Shown here one piece after another: positions 62,142-64,000 of a DNA stretch of 64,000 nucleotides; position 1 is the first letter of the stretch, and every line of letters starts with the position of its first letter. The translations under genes were made by a program, and so were the position numbers. Origin of the DNA: a virus. A model generated the notes under the pieces. That model searched no databases and was not told the origin of the DNA. It was given only the letters and a program-made list of their open reading frames with translations. The stretch covers positions 688 through 64,687 of the IMG/VR virus record IMGVR_UViG_3300010352_000628; one strand, given 5' to 3'.

Positions 62142-62648
62142 ATGAACGATACTCGCCGCTGCGATGAGCACGAAACCACGCTGAAGCAACTGACCCAGGT
62201 ATTGAACGGGCTGGCTGCTGGCCAGATCAAGATGCAGGGGAGTATCGACACGCTGGAGGTCAAACTGGATTTGGGTGTCTCCGCCATCACAAAACGGCAA
62301 GACGCGACTAACGGGCGTATCAACACTCTTGAGCCGAAGGTCCAGAGGCTTGAGGTGGCATCGGCGGCGCAGGACGTGTTCACTCCGGGGTTGAGTCGCG
62401 ACCTGATGCGATTCGAAACGGCGGTCCAGACCAAGGTGGATCATCTATGGGACGCGGTCCACGCGATCGAAAAGCAAGAGCGCACGCTCAATTCCGACAA
62501 GCAAGAGGCGCGAGGCATTGCCAAAGGCATGGCTATCACCGGCAAGTTTGTGTACGTGCTCGCCGGGGCCGTCTCTGCGTTCTTGGGTTGGGTCATCATG
62601 CTGTGGTTTCAGTACTTCCGGCAAGTCCCAAAGCCTCCATCCCCCTAG
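62142..62648 (+). CDS. coiled-coil protein with C-terminal TM helix
   Basis: TNGRINTLE; C-terminal hydrophobic helix. Confidence 0.6.
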   Translation: MNDTRRCDEHETTLKQLTQVLNGLAAGQIKMQGSIDTLEVKLDLGVSAITKRQDATNGRINTLEPKVQRLEVASAAQDVFTPGLSRDLMRFETAVQTKVDHLWDAVHAIEKQERTLNSDKQEARGIAKGMAITGKFVYVLAGAVSAFLGWVIMLWFQYFRQVPKPPSP

Positions 62649-62692
62649 CCTAGCTACGGATTTATCCTACCTGTTTTGAACACTCTTTTCTG

Positions 62693-62721
62693 TTGACAGG
62701 GGCGGAGCTATGCCGTAAAGT
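62693..62721 (+). promoter_or_regulatory. sigma70-like promoter
   Basis: TTGACA-17 nt-TAAAGT. Confidence 0.7.
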
Positions 62722-62730
62722 TGGCAACAG

Positions 62731-62919
62731 ATGGCTGACACAAAGACAGCAAGGCATAACAGGAAGCCAAGCGGCGGGCTGGTCCGAACCACCGTTCGGC
62801 TTCCTTCCGAACTGCATACCTCCGTGAAGATTGCCGCCGCCAGCAAGCCGGGATGGACTTTCCAAAGCATCCTGATCGACGCGCTGACGCGGTTCCTTGC
62901 TTGGAGAAAACCCCAGTGA
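62731..62919 (+). CDS. ribbon-helix-helix regulator
   Basis: RTTVRLPSELH...KIAAA.....FQSILIDAL..FL. Confidence 0.7.
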   Translation: MADTKTARHNRKPSGGLVRTTVRLPSELHTSVKIAAASKPGWTFQSILIDALTRFLAWRKPQ

Positions 62920-63326
62920 TCTACTTCATTGCGGAAGACGATACCAATTATGTCAAGATTGGGTACTGTAAGGCATCGCCAGAGACCCGACTTCAGCAAC
63001 TGCAAGTCGGAAACGTCAGGAAGTTGCGCATAGTTGCTTCCTGTGAAGGCACGCTCGGCGCGGAAACAGAACTGCATCTTAGGTTTAAGGATTCTCTTGT
63101 CCGAGGGGAATGGTTTCGCCCCACTGCCGAACTAGACGCGATGATCAAAACCGTTGGGATTCAGCACGTTAAGCAGAATAGGGCCGACGTACTAGTCAAA
63201 GATGTTTCAGTTGCCTTCTGGCGCAGCGCACGGTTGGCGGCGATGGAACGCGGCGTATCAATGGCGGCATGGCTGGAAAGTATACCAAAGCATATGCTTC
63301 GCCAGAAAGACGAGGCGGCGCGATGA
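62916..63326 (+). CDS. T5orf172/MUG113-type GIY-YIG protein with an RHH-like tail
   Basis: IYFI...VKIG...RL..LQ.GN...E.ELH.RF...RGEWF. Confidence 0.8.
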   Translation: MIYFIAEDDTNYVKIGYCKASPETRLQQLQVGNVRKLRIVASCEGTLGAETELHLRFKDSLVRGEWFRPTAELDAMIKTVGIQHVKQNRADVLVKDVSVAFWRSARLAAMERGVSMAAWLESIPKHMLRQKDEAAR

Positions 63327-63733
63327 TCTACTTTGTGGCAACAAGCGACAATGCCTTCGTAAAGATTGGACACTGCAAGGAGTCCATAGATAAGCGGTTC
63401 ACTGCTCTTCAGGTTGGCAACCACGAGGAACTTCGGATTGTTGCATTATGTTTTGGCACGCGGGATGCTGAGTTTGAACTCCATCAAAGATTTGCCGCTA
63501 GCCGAGTGCGTGGCGAATGGTTTGCAATGACGGACGCACTCGCTGCTTTGATTGCAGAAGTAGGCATAGCTGAGATAGCACAGCCGCTCGTGAGGCTCAA
63601 CCCTTGGGTCCGCCCAGAGACCGCTCGCCGTATCTATATCGCTTGCGCAACGCGCGGTAAGACACAAGGCGAGATCATTGACGAAATTGTGGCCGCAGCT
63701 CTTCCACCCGTCCCACAGGAGGCCGTCCGATGA
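63323..63733 (+). CDS. T5orf172/MUG113-type GIY-YIG protein with an RHH-like tail (paralog)
   Basis: IYFV...VKIG...LQVGN...ELH.RF...RGEWF. Confidence 0.8.
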   Translation: MIYFVATSDNAFVKIGHCKESIDKRFTALQVGNHEELRIVALCFGTRDAEFELHQRFAASRVRGEWFAMTDALAALIAEVGIAEIAQPLVRLNPWVRPETARRIYIACATRGKTQGEIIDEIVAAALPPVPQEAVR

Positions 63734-63822
63734 ACCGCAAAGCGCCGGGCGGCGAGGCGGCTGTCGAGCAAGAGATCCGAGAGGCCCTGTTGGATCGGGG
63801 CATCGCGGCATAGGAGCAACCG

Positions 63823-64000
63823 ATGGTAGAAGTCAATGTTCGTGAATTGATCTTAAGAGGGAATGCTCCCGAGGGACTGAAAGCCAACGCCCTCTACCTG
63901 AGCGGCTGCACGGGGCTGAAGGCCCTGCCTGAGGGACTGAAAGCCAACACCCTCGACCTGCGCGGCTGCACGGGGCTGCTCCAACCAACGACAAAGACCG
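63823..64000 (+). CDS. leucine-rich-repeat protein (truncated by the window end)
   Basis: AGGAG RBS; translated by hand: ...PEGLKANALYLSGCTGLKALPEGLKANTLDLRGCTGL; 60-bp tandem unit. Confidence 0.6.
   Translation, partial: MVEVNVRELILRGNAPEGLKANALYLSGCTGLKALPEGLKANTLDLRGCTGLLQPTTKT

Noticed and set aside
1-64000. tRNA genes and host assignment
   Set aside because: No cloverleaf was recognised. The signal-peptide style hints at an Acidobacteriota-like diderm host, but this cannot be supported without searches.

Overview
The window is most of a GC-rich, probably temperate, tailed dsDNA phage genome with a podovirus-like virion module. From left to right it holds: a rightward early operon (ERF recombinase, YqaJ exonuclease, RusA, replication initiator, DnaB); a leftward block of small early genes; terS; an inverted accessory island (HNH, glycosyltransferase-like, RNAP alpha-CTD-like); terL, portal, GroES, scaffold and capsid; tail and ejection proteins; int and xis; a second fibre-like module whose proteins carry signal peptides; lysis genes; and a regulatory end (RHH, two T5orf172-type genes, a partial LRR gene). 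The standout feature is at about 1395-2875. A stand-alone RAMP/Cas7-like gene (1586-2227) and a companion gene (2230-2679) are flanked on both sides by non-coding arrays of 5-nt GG(C/T/A)-NN units, cut into segments by (G/A)GCAGG delimiters with a 4+5n length rule. This is a candidate non-CRISPR RNA-guided system in which the variable dinucleotides encode the target. From memory it matches the recently reported VIPR-type architecture, which I could not verify here. A second candidate is a roughly 400-nt highly structured non-coding RNA at 15786-16176. All family assignments come from motif recognition by eye; no database searches were run.
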